A DNA stretch of 53,792 nt, from NCBI GenBank assembly GCA_030647265.1, contig JAUSJM010000013.1, positions 1 to 53,792 on the forward strand, in the 5' to 3' direction. A model generated the notes under the pieces. That model saw only the letters and a program-made list of their open reading frames with translations. It made no database searches and was not told the DNA's origin. Source of the DNA: a bacterium. Its GTDB lineage: Bacteria; Patescibacteriota; Microgenomatia; Daviesbacterales; UBA10151. Shown piece after piece: positions 28,735-38,244 of the stretch (position 1 is the stretch's first letter; each line of letters begins with the position of its first letter). The translations under genes and the position numbers were made by a program.

Positions 28735-28770
28735 AGGTTAGGTTTATTCTATCTTAGCATAACTTCTTTA

Positions 28771-30558
28771 TTACTTTAACTGATAGGTGCCTTTAACAAC
28801 TGAAAAAGACCCGCCAGGACCGGCAGAGAAAAAAGTACTCACTAAACCACTATCATAAGTGAGTATTGTCCCCGTTCCCATGTTAATTCCCCAAGCTACC
28901 GCCTCTTTAAAGTTAGCATTATTACTCAAAGAGATAATCCCGAAAGGCGCATATAAAATACCGGTGATCGAGCTGTTTCCGGTGTTTATGGCGACAGTTC
29001 CCGAAGATCGGGAATCGTATACCGAGAGGAGGGTTAGATAGCTCCCGGATTGGCCGGTTCCCAGTAAATTATCCGAGTTTTGAAAGGTAGTCGTCCCATC
29101 GACAATAATTACTCCTGAGGAGGAACCTAAACTTGGATCCATCTGAAAGATCGTGGAGTTACCAAAAGTGAGATTGCCGGTAATCCAAATGGGTGTGGTC
29201 ACGGTAATAAGACAATTATTATCAGTGATAATATTGGCATCAATTTTACCCGGACCTAAAGTTGCCGGACAACCTGTAATATCTGTCGAAGATATGAGAC
29301 CATATATTTCAGCATCGGATCTCCATTTATCAATATTTGACTGGGAGATGGGCATGGGCATAGGTTGAGGATCGGGATACCCCTGATGGGAAGTCCCCAA
29401 AACCGTAGAATCGGAAATCAACTGGTAGTAGGCATCTTTATTCACAGTGATACCACCAATGGTATGGGCCCGGACATCACCTCTGACCACCGAACCGTTA
29501 TTCATGGAGATAGAGGTAGCAACACCTCCCATCCATGTCTGAAAAGCAAAATCACCGGCCACAGCACTCCAGGAAGGATTTTTGGCCTGCCAGTTAGCCG
29601 ACCAGGCGGGGGAACCGTCAATATAACCAAATGAGGTATCTTCTGCTAAAATCCAATAATCAGAGTTATCTAAATTCTGAGGAGCTACCACAAGCCAATA
29701 GGTAGTTCCGGTGGTAAGCGTAGAAGAAGAAGTAAAAACCACATCAACCAATCCGTTCTGCGGGTACTGCGTGGTTACCATGTTAGCAGATAACGTTCCT
29801 ATAGCCAAAATACTATTTTTATTAGGAGCACCGTTATTGTCAGCCAAAATCATTACCGGAGCGTTTGCCGGAGAACCGACCTTTTTAAGTTTTAGAGAGA
29901 CTTTGTTAATAACCGCCGTAGTTGCAGGTTTAAAGCTTTGGGCTACATCCAAGCGGTCGTTTCCCCCGATACTTGCTCCGAAAGCAAAATCAGTACAGGA
30001 GGTACAATCACTTTGCTGGTCAGAGTCAGGCTGGGTCCCTCCCGCCACGATGGCATCGCCAGTGATCAGCTCATTATTTCCTCCCAGGATACTGTTGTTA
30101 GCGTAAATCGAACCGTTGATCGTCGAACCGTTACCCATGGTAATTCCTCCTTCACCAACCAATATTCCATAAACAAAGGAAATTCCCACCCCTTGGGAAA
30201 CCTCCACCGAAACGGTTCTTTTAACTTTAGGACTGGTTTTATTAGGTATATACCCGGTAGCCTTAATAATATCAGTTGAAGCATCCTTGGTAGTAATCTC
30301 CACACTGAAAGATCCGGGACCAAGGGGTGTCTCGCTCTCTCCGTTATACCCTTCGGGGTTGGCATTTAAAGAGGCCAGAGCTTTATCCACCCCCGCTTCG
30401 GCAATGTTTAAAGCCTGGGATGATTGAACTGAGTAAGTGCTGTTTTGGAAAAAGATTAACGACCCTCCCGCAATGAGGATGGTGTTCACCATTACCAATC
30501 CCACCACCACTAAAGCCAGTACCAAAACTTGCCCTTTTTCCTTCGATTTACTTTTCAT
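28771..30558 (-). CDS. Large PilX-like minor pilin with beta-rich C-terminal domains
   Basis: EKGQVLVLAL leader, AEAGVDKAL PilX motif, AQSF...YWLVV beta-sandwich segment. Confidence 0.8.
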   Translation of the reverse strand: MKSKSKEKGQVLVLALVVVGLVMVNTILIAGGSLIFFQNSTYSVQSSQALNIAEAGVDKALASLNANPEGYNGESETPLGPGSFSVEITTKDASTDIIKATGYIPNKTSPKVKRTVSVEVSQGVGISFVYGILVGEGGITMGNGSTINGSIYANNSILGGNNELITGDAIVAGGTQPDSDQQSDCTSCTDFAFGASIGGNDRLDVAQSFKPATTAVINKVSLKLKKVGSPANAPVMILADNNGAPNKNSILAIGTLSANMVTTQYPQNGLVDVVFTSSSTLTTGTTYWLVVAPQNLDNSDYWILAEDTSFGYIDGSPAWSANWQAKNPSWSAVAGDFAFQTWMGGVATSISMNNGSVVRGDVRAHTIGGITVNKDAYYQLISDSTVLGTSHQGYPDPQPMPMPISQSNIDKWRSDAEIYGLISSTDITGCPATLGPGKIDANIITDNNCLITVTTPIWITGNLTFGNSTIFQMDPSLGSSSGVIIVDGTTTFQNSDNLLGTGQSGSYLTLLSVYDSRSSGTVAINTGNSSITGILYAPFGIISLSNNANFKEAVAWGINMGTGTILTYDSGLVSTFFSAGPGGSFSVVKGTYQLK

Positions 30559-31133
30559 TGAGCATTCCTTAAACTGGTTGTCATAGTTGCTGATCTTGAA
30601 GAGGAGATTTGACCGCTTTTTTGTATCACCGAGAGTATAACCTTTACCTTCACAGCCTGGGAGGGGGAAACCGCAGCACTGCTTTCGTCAAGGTAGTAAA
30701 ACTGGACGGAATTTAAAATTGTACTTAAAACGATATTCTTGGAGGCACGGGTGCTTTGGGCATCAGGAAAAACTTGTAAGCGCAACACCTGGGGAAGTGA
30801 AGTATCGGCAGAGACTACCAGGTAATCATAAGCGTCGCTGATAACGCCGGAGCCGGAGGTAGCAGGTAGTTTCAGGACTAAGGTGTTATCTCCGGTAGTA
30901 TAGGTAGTAGAATCCACCTCATAACTTACAACCACGCCTGCAGCTTCCCGCACTCCGTCATCAATCTGGCGTATCCCGTCATTTAAATTTAAACCCTCGC
31001 CTACAAGTTCAGTCTGTTTTGTAAAAAGACCGCTATTGTTTACCAAAATAGCCACAAGTAATCCTCCCACCACTACTGCAATGACCGAAACGAGCAGTAT
31101 TTCAATCAAAGTTGTGCCTTGCTCCTGTTTCAT
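30555..31133 (-). CDS. Minor pilin (PilW/GspJ-like)
   Basis: QGTTLIEILLV class III signal peptide. Confidence 0.8.
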   Translation of the reverse strand: MKQEQGTTLIEILLVSVIAVVVGGLLVAILVNNSGLFTKQTELVGEGLNLNDGIRQIDDGVREAAGVVVSYEVDSTTYTTGDNTLVLKLPATSGSGVISDAYDYLVVSADTSLPQVLRLQVFPDAQSTRASKNIVLSTILNSVQFYYLDESSAAVSPSQAVKVKVILSVIQKSGQISSSRSATMTTSLRNAQ

Positions 31134-31140
31134 CTGATCC

Positions 31141-31560
31141 TTAGAGACCTCCTTCGCTGACAATTGTTACAAGTTCCACGGATTTTGCATCCCCGGACTC
31201 GTTCCAGGAAACCTTAACGGTGACCTTTTTTGCTTCCTCCGATTGTTGACAAACCTCCGAAGGACAATTTTCTACCTTGTAAACAGCACTGCCCGAAGAT
31301 AAGTTGGAGAGATCGGTATCGGGAAAAGCGGTTTCTCCGTCGGTTAAATTAAGATTAGTAAATCCCTGCTTTCTTAGATTTTCTATCTGTCTACTTACGA
31401 TGTCTTTTGCTTCCGAAGTATGTCGGCTTTTATTAATGGAAGAGAGGGAGGAGGGAAGATTAGCAATTAAAAGCGCCAAAAACCCCACCATCAAAATTAC
31501 CAAAATAATCTCCACTAAAGTTGAACCTTTTTCCTGAAACGAGCAGAATTTCTTTTTCAT
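31141..31560 (-). CDS. Minor pilin (PilV/GspI-like)
   Basis: KGSTLVEIIL leader; KKVTVKVSW C-terminal strand. Confidence 0.8.
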   Translation of the reverse strand: MKKKFCSFQEKGSTLVEIILVILMVGFLALLIANLPSSLSSINKSRHTSEAKDIVSRQIENLRKQGFTNLNLTDGETAFPDTDLSNLSSGSAVYKVENCPSEVCQQSEEAKKVTVKVSWNESGDAKSVELVTIVSEGGL

Positions 31561-31562
31561 AT

Positions 31563-32489
31563 TTAACGGGTCGCTTTACTTAAACTTCCAGCCGAAAATA
31601 GTACATAATCAAAATAGTGGGGCAAAACCGAAGATTGCTGGAAAACCTGCAGCCTCCTCTGGGATTTACCGGCGGTTCCCGTGGAACGGTAAATACCAGC
31701 CTGGGGGGGCAGGGAACCGGAGACAGGTTTCACCGCCACCGGGTGAGCTAAATTAGTATAAAGAACTCTTACCCTGGCCATGACCAGGTAGTGGGTAGCG
31801 TCCACTGTAAAGCCGTCAGGGTCAGGAGGAACGGTCACCTTACAATAAAAGGAACTTTGAGCCGATGTTGAATCATTAGTGGTAATAGCAGGAGGATTCA
31901 ACGGGTTACAACCTCTCCAGCTAGGGTTACGGGCACTGTTTCCCGTCCCTGAGTAGGAATCATAAAAATACTTTTTATCCTCATAGAAGGTTCCATTTCT
32001 TCTGATTACATGAACTTCAATAGCCGGCTTCTCATCAGGAATAGAGCGGTAATAACTGCCGTCCGGGTCGTCAGGTTTACCGAAGTAAACCTCAAAACTG
32101 TTTTGGTTATAGCAGGGCACAGAACAAGGTGGAAAACCTGCATCCAAAGGGGCAGTATAGTTGGCAAACCAAAATTGGGCAAAGCCCTCTTTACCGAAGG
32201 GAGGGTATTCTAAAGCGGTATTTGCCAGGGGTAATTGGGAGGTACTGACATTGGCCTGGGACTGATTATTAAAGGCCACAGTGGGGACAGGGTTCCCTAT
32301 AGGAGTCTGAAAAGCTTTTTCTAAACCTGCCTCAGCCGCGGAAAAAGCCCGGCTGGAGTCTTCCGTTTTAGAAGAAGTGGAAATTTCCGTAATGCTTCTA
32401 CCCACCACCGAGAGTCCTACTGCCAAAGACACCACCATCACCAAAAGCAGAATAATTACCACCTGTCCCCGTTGATTTATAGATTTCAT
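31563..32489 (-). CDS. PilX-like minor pilin
   Basis: RGQVVIILLL leader; AFSAAEAGLEKA motif. Confidence 0.8.
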   Translation of the reverse strand: MKSINQRGQVVIILLLVMVVSLAVGLSVVGRSITEISTSSKTEDSSRAFSAAEAGLEKAFQTPIGNPVPTVAFNNQSQANVSTSQLPLANTALEYPPFGKEGFAQFWFANYTAPLDAGFPPCSVPCYNQNSFEVYFGKPDDPDGSYYRSIPDEKPAIEVHVIRRNGTFYEDKKYFYDSYSGTGNSARNPSWRGCNPLNPPAITTNDSTSAQSSFYCKVTVPPDPDGFTVDATHYLVMARVRVLYTNLAHPVAVKPVSGSLPPQAGIYRSTGTAGKSQRRLQVFQQSSVLPHYFDYVLFSAGSLSKATR

Positions 32490-33172
32490 CTGGACCCCCT
32501 GACTTTCACGGTAGTAGCAAACGGTACCCCTCCCGATTCCACCTGGGACTCATAGGTTCCTCCCGCCCTCTTGCCTTCAGAGGCTTGGAAGGTAACAGTC
32601 ACCAAATCCCCATAACCTGCCTGGTAATCCCAGTCAAACACTGGAGTAATATTGTCCTCCCGTGACAGAGAAACTCCTCCTGTTGAACTTAGATCCGAGA
32701 GGTAGTTTTTACCTGACGGTTGGGGAGCAGAGGAGACACAAAGGTTACCAAAGACACTGGTGATATTTTGGGCATCTTCTAAAGAGAAAGTGTCGGAAGC
32801 GATGTAGCCGTTTGAACCTGGGGTGGCATTATAAAATCTGAATCTGGTATAGCCGTTTCCCGTAATTTGGGCACTGGGTGTACCCACCAAAGCGTTTTGC
32901 CCGAAGATAACCAGGGTGTCGTAATCATTGGGAGCGGTTGTATTATGGTCGGTGCAAACTACTTTTTCTGCCTGGCGGATCTCCGAACTTAATTTTTCCA
33001 AAATCACCTGCCCGTTTTGTTTTACCTGGTTGATAACTTTAACCTTACTTTGGCCCCGCAGTGACTGAGTCAGAACATCTGTAGTAATGAGTCCCAGTAT
33101 CACTACTACAACCGTGACTATCATTACCTCAATTAAAGTAAAACCTTCAAACTGGCAAAGCTTTTTTTTCAT
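32486..33172 (-). CDS. Minor pilin (PilW/GspJ-like)
   Basis: GFTLIEVMIV; LSSEIRQA motif. Confidence 0.82.
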   Translation of the reverse strand: MKKKLCQFEGFTLIEVMIVTVVVVILGLITTDVLTQSLRGQSKVKVINQVKQNGQVILEKLSSEIRQAEKVVCTDHNTTAPNDYDTLVIFGQNALVGTPSAQITGNGYTRFRFYNATPGSNGYIASDTFSLEDAQNITSVFGNLCVSSAPQPSGKNYLSDLSSTGGVSLSREDNITPVFDWDYQAGYGDLVTVTFQASEGKRAGGTYESQVESGGVPFATTVKVRGSR

Positions 33173-33177
33173 CTTCT

Positions 33178-33690
33178 TTAGCGGGGCGTAATAATTGTCT
33201 GTAAGTTCGACTCATGGCTCCCCGAGCTGTCGGTCCATTTTACCTTGACGGTCACCTGTTTTTGCAGTGCAAAGCTTGTTGCATCATCCCAAAACATGAT
33301 CTGCCTGGATAAGCCGTCGCCTAAATCTACATCTGATGAGGCCACCGGGACCTGGGAAAGAGAAAGGCTGCCCACCCCTAAAGTAAAATAAGACGAATCT
33401 GTACTAGCTGAGATTTGAACACTCCACAAATCTGAAAATTTGGCCACCGAAGTACTGCCAAAATTGGCTGTCACCGCTACATCCCGGTCCCGGATTCCCC
33501 GGATTTTATCTATTGCCTCCTGGGCATACTTAGTGGCCTGGGATTGTTTTTGGGCAAATTGGGAATTTTTTAGCCCGGTGAGAATGGTGATAATGAGAGC
33601 CGTGATAACTAAGGCTGCGACCACCAAGGCCACTAAAACTTCGATTAAACTTTGTCCCGATTCCCGATCTTTAGTGTCTTTAGATATCAT
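33178..33690 (-). CDS. Minor pilin (PilV/GspI-like)
   Basis: SGQSLIEVLVA; ATKYAQEAIDKIR; KQVTVKVKW. Confidence 0.82.
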   Translation of the reverse strand: MISKDTKDRESGQSLIEVLVALVVAALVITALIITILTGLKNSQFAQKQSQATKYAQEAIDKIRGIRDRDVAVTANFGSTSVAKFSDLWSVQISASTDSSYFTLGVGSLSLSQVPVASSDVDLGDGLSRQIMFWDDATSFALQKQVTVKVKWTDSSGSHESNLQTIITPR

Positions 33691-33692
33691 CT

Positions 33693-34337
33693 TTAGTTGG
33701 TGTAAATTGCTCCTCCTTTTTCAATAGTCACCTCCCGGGTTTGGGCGGGATCTCCATCAAGCTGCAAGGTAATGACCATCCTGTTTTGAGGCTGAAAAGC
33801 AGGACAGCCGGAATTAGTGCTGTCAAACTGAAAAGTTACCAAGTTAGTGATCGTACCAAAGAACACCTCAGCTCCGAAATTAGTCAGGTCTATTCCGTGG
33901 CAAGCACTAACCTCAATGCCGGTATGAGCAGGAGGAGACGTTTTATTTTTAATACTCACCCCTGTAGGCAGATTATAGGTAGTGGGAGTGGGGGTTGTGC
34001 CATCAGAGCATTTAGGACCGATCTGGTAAGATTTAACTGAGGATGAAGGAGTATCGTAGATAAAACTTAGGTACCAAGAGGAAGCAGAGATCCCGTCAGA
34101 GCATTTAGTACTGGATGAGGCGTTATTTTGAGCTGCGCGGAGGGATGACTGCAGCTGCTCCATTCCGTCCTGTAAAGATCCGTAAGTTGCATATTTGGTC
34201 AATTGGGGTAAAACTAAAGTCACCAGTCCTGCCATAATAGCTACTGCTACCAAAAGTTCCATAAGGGTGAAACCCTTACAAGATCTTTTGCGAAGCAAAA
34301 GTAGACTTATAAGGGTGAAACCGTTTACCTTGGGCAT
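33693..34337 (-). CDS. Pilin (FimT/GspH-like) with duplicated GFTL leader
   Basis: MPKVNGFTLISLLLLRKRSCKGFTLMELLVA; LQSSLRAAQNNA; C-terminal IEKGGAI. Confidence 0.85.
   Translation of the reverse strand: MPKVNGFTLISLLLLRKRSCKGFTLMELLVAVAIMAGLVTLVLPQLTKYATYGSLQDGMEQLQSSLRAAQNNASSSTKCSDGISASSWYLSFIYDTPSSSVKSYQIGPKCSDGTTPTPTTYNLPTGVSIKNKTSPPAHTGIEVSACHGIDLTNFGAEVFFGTITNLVTFQFDSTNSGCPAFQPQNRMVITLQLDGDPAQTREVTIEKGGAIYTN
34261..34322 (-). repeat. 48-bp hairpin insertion with a 14-bp direct repeat in a prepilin leader
   Basis: ATAAGGGTGAAACC at 34261 and 34309 flank the CTTTTGC-GAA-GCAAAAG hairpin (34285-34301). Confidence 0.88.
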
Positions 34338-34372
34338 ACTTTAACCGTACCAGCTTTTAGGTTAACTTTCAA

Positions 34373-34924
34373 TCAGGGAGGAGAAAGACCAATCTTACAG
34401 GTTGTAGAATTACAAGTTTGAGGGGAACCACAAGCAGAGGGAACCTCATAAGTGCCAGTACCTTCCTGCCAGGCACATAAGGCATAACTTACACACTCCC
34501 CATAGGCTTCACAGGGAGCGGGAGAGACCGGTAAAGCTAGGTAGACATATCCCTGTCCAGTGCTGGGATCTTTCGGCACCTGATCTAAATAGGTTTTACC
34601 ATTACTACCATCTGCTTTTTTACAGGGAGATCCAGAGCTGTCTGGAGAACAGAGAGGGGAACCGGGAGCAGGAAAGGCAGTAGAAGCAGGGTAATAATGC
34701 CAATCGTGACGGTACAGCTCTAAGGCCTTGGAGATTGAACCCAAATCCAGAAGTCTTCTCTTGTCATGGTTATTTTTTAAGGTTGAAGAAAAAACAGAAG
34801 CTCCGATAGCTACAAGAAGCGTCAGTATGGCTACTGTTACTAGCAGCTCAATGAGAGTGAATCCCTTCTTGGCCCTACTGTTCAAGCCACGTCGAGAACA
34901 TCTTACTATTTGTCTTCTCATCAT
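34373..34924 (-). CDS. GspG/PilA-like pilin
   Basis: KGFTLIELLV; DKRRLLDL..ISKALELY..YYP; VPKDP; YALCA. Confidence 0.88.
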   Translation of the reverse strand: MMRRQIVRCSRRGLNSRAKKGFTLIELLVTVAILTLLVAIGASVFSSTLKNNHDKRRLLDLGSISKALELYRHDWHYYPASTAFPAPGSPLCSPDSSGSPCKKADGSNGKTYLDQVPKDPSTGQGYVYLALPVSPAPCEAYGECVSYALCAWQEGTGTYEVPSACGSPQTCNSTTCKIGLSPP

Positions 34925-35484
34925 GGAGATATGACCTCATACCCATCAACGGTAGGGTCATAAGTATTAGGGCAAGCAGTATCTTGCTTATCCGAAGTTT
35001 TCTCCATCTTGGCATAAAGACAATAAATTACACACTTTGTGGTAGCTGAAGTGTTATCACACTCAGTTTGAGGACTGAGACTGGCATAAGGGTGATATAG
35101 AAAGGGAGTAGTAGCAGTGAGATCTACTGGCAGTTTACTAGAATAATTTTTAGTAGGATTAGGGCTGCTACAAGGATTAATATTGGGATTGCCGGTACAG
35201 TTAGTCAAGGAAGATCCAAAGGTTAAGGGGTTAGGCGCTGGGGCCAGGGCAGGGAAAAACCCCTGGTCGGAGTAATACTGCTGCAGCAGGCTCTGGATAA
35301 CCCCTAAATCCGACCTTCTTTTATCATCTCTAGCTCCTTTCTGAAAGCTGGAAAAAGTGCTGATGGAGATGATTATCAGGATAGCCATAATGGTAATAAC
35401 TACCAGCAGTTCAATAAGAGTAAACCCGCTCAAATTTGTTCTTAAATTTGTTCGGGTAAAGCCTTTATCCTTCATGACTTTCAT
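34921..35484 (-). CDS. GspG/PilA-like pilin with duplicated GFT leader
   Basis: KGFTRTNLRTNLSGFTLIELLV; ARDDKRRSDL; YCLYAKME. Confidence 0.88.
   Translation of the reverse strand: MKVMKDKGFTRTNLRTNLSGFTLIELLVVITIMAILIIISISTFSSFQKGARDDKRRSDLGVIQSLLQQYYSDQGFFPALAPAPNPLTFGSSLTNCTGNPNINPCSSPNPTKNYSSKLPVDLTATTPFLYHPYASLSPQTECDNTSATTKCVIYCLYAKMEKTSDKQDTACPNTYDPTVDGYEVISP
35420..35463 (-). repeat. 36-bp hairpin insertion duplicating GFT in a prepilin leader
   Basis: GTAAACCC (35420) and GTAAAGCC (35456) are 36 nt apart and enclose the CCCG..CAAATTT / AAATTTG..CGGG stem. Confidence 0.8.
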
Positions 35485-36014
35485 CTTTCTAGACTAGATA
35501 AACAAAAAGGGGGTGATTCTTGATCCAAAGCAGCACAAAGCGTCCAGGATTTAACATTTACCGGAGTGGTATTGCCTAAATCCCCTGTGCTACTGATAGC
35601 AGAGCTAACTTTATCATAATGAGATCCTCCACAGTTAAGATCGGTAGGACAACCTCCGCTTGGCCAGAGGTTAGTAGCAGCAGTGCAATCAGTAGGCACA
35701 CTAATAGGAACGGCAGTACTGGTGCTGATACAATAATTTCTGGTCCCGGAAGGATCGTTAGGAATGACACCACCGTTACTGGGAAAATCGGTAGCAGCGG
35801 TAGCGATTGTATACCTGTAAACCCGGTTGGTAAAATCCTTGGAAGATTCAATAGAATCGGTAATAGATTTAATTTCTGCTTTCCTCCTACCGTCATTAGC
35901 CTTACCCCTTGCCACTCCATAAGCTGTTAAACCAATAACCGACAAAATAGAAATTATACCAATCACCACCATCAGCTCAACCAAAGTAAAACCTTTAGAA
36001 GAATTATTTTTCAT
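35481..36014 (-). CDS. GspG/PilA-like pilin
   Basis: KGFTLVELMVV; ANDGRRKAEI; Cys-rich C-terminus. Confidence 0.88.
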   Translation of the reverse strand: MKNNSSKGFTLVELMVVIGIISILSVIGLTAYGVARGKANDGRRKAEIKSITDSIESSKDFTNRVYRYTIATAATDFPSNGGVIPNDPSGTRNYCISTSTAVPISVPTDCTAATNLWPSGGCPTDLNCGGSHYDKVSSAISSTGDLGNTTPVNVKSWTLCAALDQESPPFCLSSLER

Positions 36015-36105
36015 AAGGGCAGCTTATTTTAGTATCATCTCTTTAGGGTACCATGTCAATGTCTTAAAAATGAAAGATAAGGGGAGGAGAATTTATTAAC
36101 CAGAT

Positions 36106-36624
36106 CTACTGAACGTTTGTTCTACAGAATAGTTCACCAGTACCACGTTTCTCCAACCTTGTACATAGCCTCCATGAAACTGTGGTATTCAAAGGATTCG
36201 AACCATTTATCAAATTATATGTTGTTCCTGTAGCGGGGCAGGCAGGAACAGTAGTAAAACCATAGCTAGGTCCTGCATCTGTTGCCTGACTTGGAATAGT
36301 CGAGGTAGTACTAGCAGCAATACAATAAGGATAAGTAGAGGGATCTAAGGCAGTAGAACCTCCACCAGGGAACGCTCCACCTCCAAACATTGTTGCTGCT
36401 ACTAAAGGCACATACTTACCTGTAGCTGTATCTTTGTTAACCTCCAAAGCATTGGCAATGGCTTCCATCTCAGCTTTTCTTTTACCATCCCTGGCATCTG
36501 CTTGAACATTGGAATAAAGAGTAATAGCAATGACTGAGATAATGGCAATGATGGCAATCACTACCAGCATTTCAATGAGGGTAAAACCAGAAGTCTTCTT
36601 AAGGTTGGGCAGGTGGATATTCAT
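36106..36624 (-). CDS. GspG/PilA-like pilin
   Basis: SGFTLIEMLVVIAII; ARDGKRKAEM; WRLCTRLE. Confidence 0.88.
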   Translation of the reverse strand: MNIHLPNLKKTSGFTLIEMLVVIAIIAIISVIAITLYSNVQADARDGKRKAEMEAIANALEVNKDTATGKYVPLVAATMFGGGAFPGGGSTALDPSTYPYCIAASTTSTIPSQATDAGPSYGFTTVPACPATGTTYNLINGSNPLNTTVSWRLCTRLEKRGTGELFCRTNVQ

Positions 36625-36669
36625 AAATTTATCTTACTATAACTAGAATTACATAATTAAAAAACCCTG

Positions 36670-37596
36670 TCAATACCCCAGTTTGAAGCTGGAAAAATAC
36701 AAATTTAAAATTTGTGGGGCCCAAAGAAAGGCTAAGACAGCCCCCAAACTGAGGAATGGTCCAAAGGGAATAGTTTGCCCAAAACTTTTCCTTCCCAGAG
36801 CAATCAGTCCCAGGGAAAATACAGCCCCTAAGAGGAAGGCCAGGAGAAGGGCTACCATAATTTGAGGAAACCCTAAAGCCAGACCTAAAAAGAGAACAAA
36901 CTTCACATCCCCCCAACCCATGCCTCTTCCTTTGGTGACAACTATTAACAGTACAAAGAGCAGGGCCATCCCTAAGGCCCAACTGATATCCCAAACCTTG
37001 TTTAAAACTAACCTTTGAACAACATCAGAAAAGTAGTGGGAACGGGGAGGTAAAAGATAACTGCCAAAAGGCGAGGAGAGGATACTTTGATAAAAAGTCC
37101 AAATCTTTAACCCTAAAGAAACTAAGATATAAGCAGCGCTTATCAACACAGCAGGATATGTAATACGATCCGGAATTAACCCTGTCTTTAAATCCGTCAA
37201 AAAAACAACGGCTAAAACAACCACTGTAAATATTTTAAACAGCAGGTCTAAAAGCAGGGAAACGTTGTCCCAGGTAAAATTCATCGGAAAGACCAGGGCA
37301 GAAGGAGTACTGGCAAAGATAAAAGCTACCGTTACTCCTAAAACTATCTCTACTCCTAAATTTAAGGAAGGAATTTTCTTATGGCAGTAACGGCACCTGC
37401 CTTTTAATAAGAGATATGATAAAACAGGAAAAAGGTCGTACCAGGCAAGCTTTCTCTTGCAACTTAAACAGTACGACCTTCCCCAAAAAGATACCTTTTT
37501 TGTACTTCGGTCTGCCAAAGCTTTTGCTAAACTTCCTAATATTGTCCCAAGTACAAAACCAAAAACAATTAATCCTAAGCTATTGTTCATACCCAA
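36670..37596 (-). CDS. pilD: Prepilin peptidase
   Basis: RSYCLSC...DLFPVLSYLLLKGRCRYC, TDLKTGLIPD, GMGWGDVK, IPFGPFL. Confidence 0.95.
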   Translation of the reverse strand: MGMNNSLGLIVFGFVLGTILGSLAKALADRSTKKVSFWGRSYCLSCKRKLAWYDLFPVLSYLLLKGRCRYCHKKIPSLNLGVEIVLGVTVAFIFASTPSALVFPMNFTWDNVSLLLDLLFKIFTVVVLAVVFLTDLKTGLIPDRITYPAVLISAAYILVSLGLKIWTFYQSILSSPFGSYLLPPRSHYFSDVVQRLVLNKVWDISWALGMALLFVLLIVVTKGRGMGWGDVKFVLFLGLALGFPQIMVALLLAFLLGAVFSLGLIALGRKSFGQTIPFGPFLSLGAVLAFLWAPQILNLYFSSFKLGY

Positions 37597-37601
37597 CCTA
37601 A

Positions 37602-38171
37602 TTACGGACTATAGGTACACGACCCTCCGCTAGGAGCAATCAGAGTCAAGTCTGATCCCACCTCATATTTATCAGGTTCATTTCCTCCATCATTCCCATC
37701 ACGATCATTTGCAATCGCTTGCTGGTCAGATTCTAAAATCGAATCAATCTCCCAAGCGCTGCCGTCAGAACAATAGGTGTAATGGGCAGTAGCGTCATTA
37801 ATGGGATCAACCGGCAAGGTTGGAACAGAAACACTCTTCTGAGCACTTAAATTCACCTTTATCCAACCGCTTCCGTTGGAATTCCTTCCATCCGAACCAT
37901 TACTTCTTCCTGGACAAGGCAAAGTAAGGGGTGTGCCGGGATTACTGGCATCATAACAAAGGATAGCATCACCTGAACTGGTTGCTTCCTGAGCAGCCAC
38001 ATTAATAGCTTGTTGTAAATTAGCCAAGTCGGTGAATCTGGCAGCGTCACGGCTTCGCTTCATAAGTTCCAGAGGATTAATAATCAATACCACAATGGCT
38101 GCCAATACAGCGATAATGGCAATAACCACCAAAAGTTCCACAAGTGTAAAACCACGGGCAGTTTTTCTCAA
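37602..38171 (-). CDS. Type IV pilin, candidate major pilin
   Basis: RGFTLVELLVVIAIIAVLA; INP..RSRDAARFTDL; LPVDP; strong SD GGAGGTGA at 38178-38185. Confidence 0.88.
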   Translation of the reverse strand: MRKTARGFTLVELLVVIAIIAVLAAIVVLIINPLELMKRSRDAARFTDLANLQQAINVAAQEATSSGDAILCYDASNPGTPLTLPCPGRSNGSDGRNSNGSGWIKVNLSAQKSVSVPTLPVDPINDATAHYTYCSDGSAWEIDSILESDQQAIANDRDGNDGGNEPDKYEVGSDLTLIAPSGGSCTYSP

Positions 38172-38244
38172 ATTATCTCACCTCCTCTTCTCTAATCTAT
38201 TGTTGTCACAGTTTTCGATTTCAGTCAATACCAAACTTTTAACC

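Noticed and set aside
33693-38171. Diversity-generating retroelement or pilin cassette (antigenic variation) system
   Set aside because: No reverse transcriptase, no near-identical template/variable repeats and no silent truncated pilin copies seen; all pilins have their own leaders.
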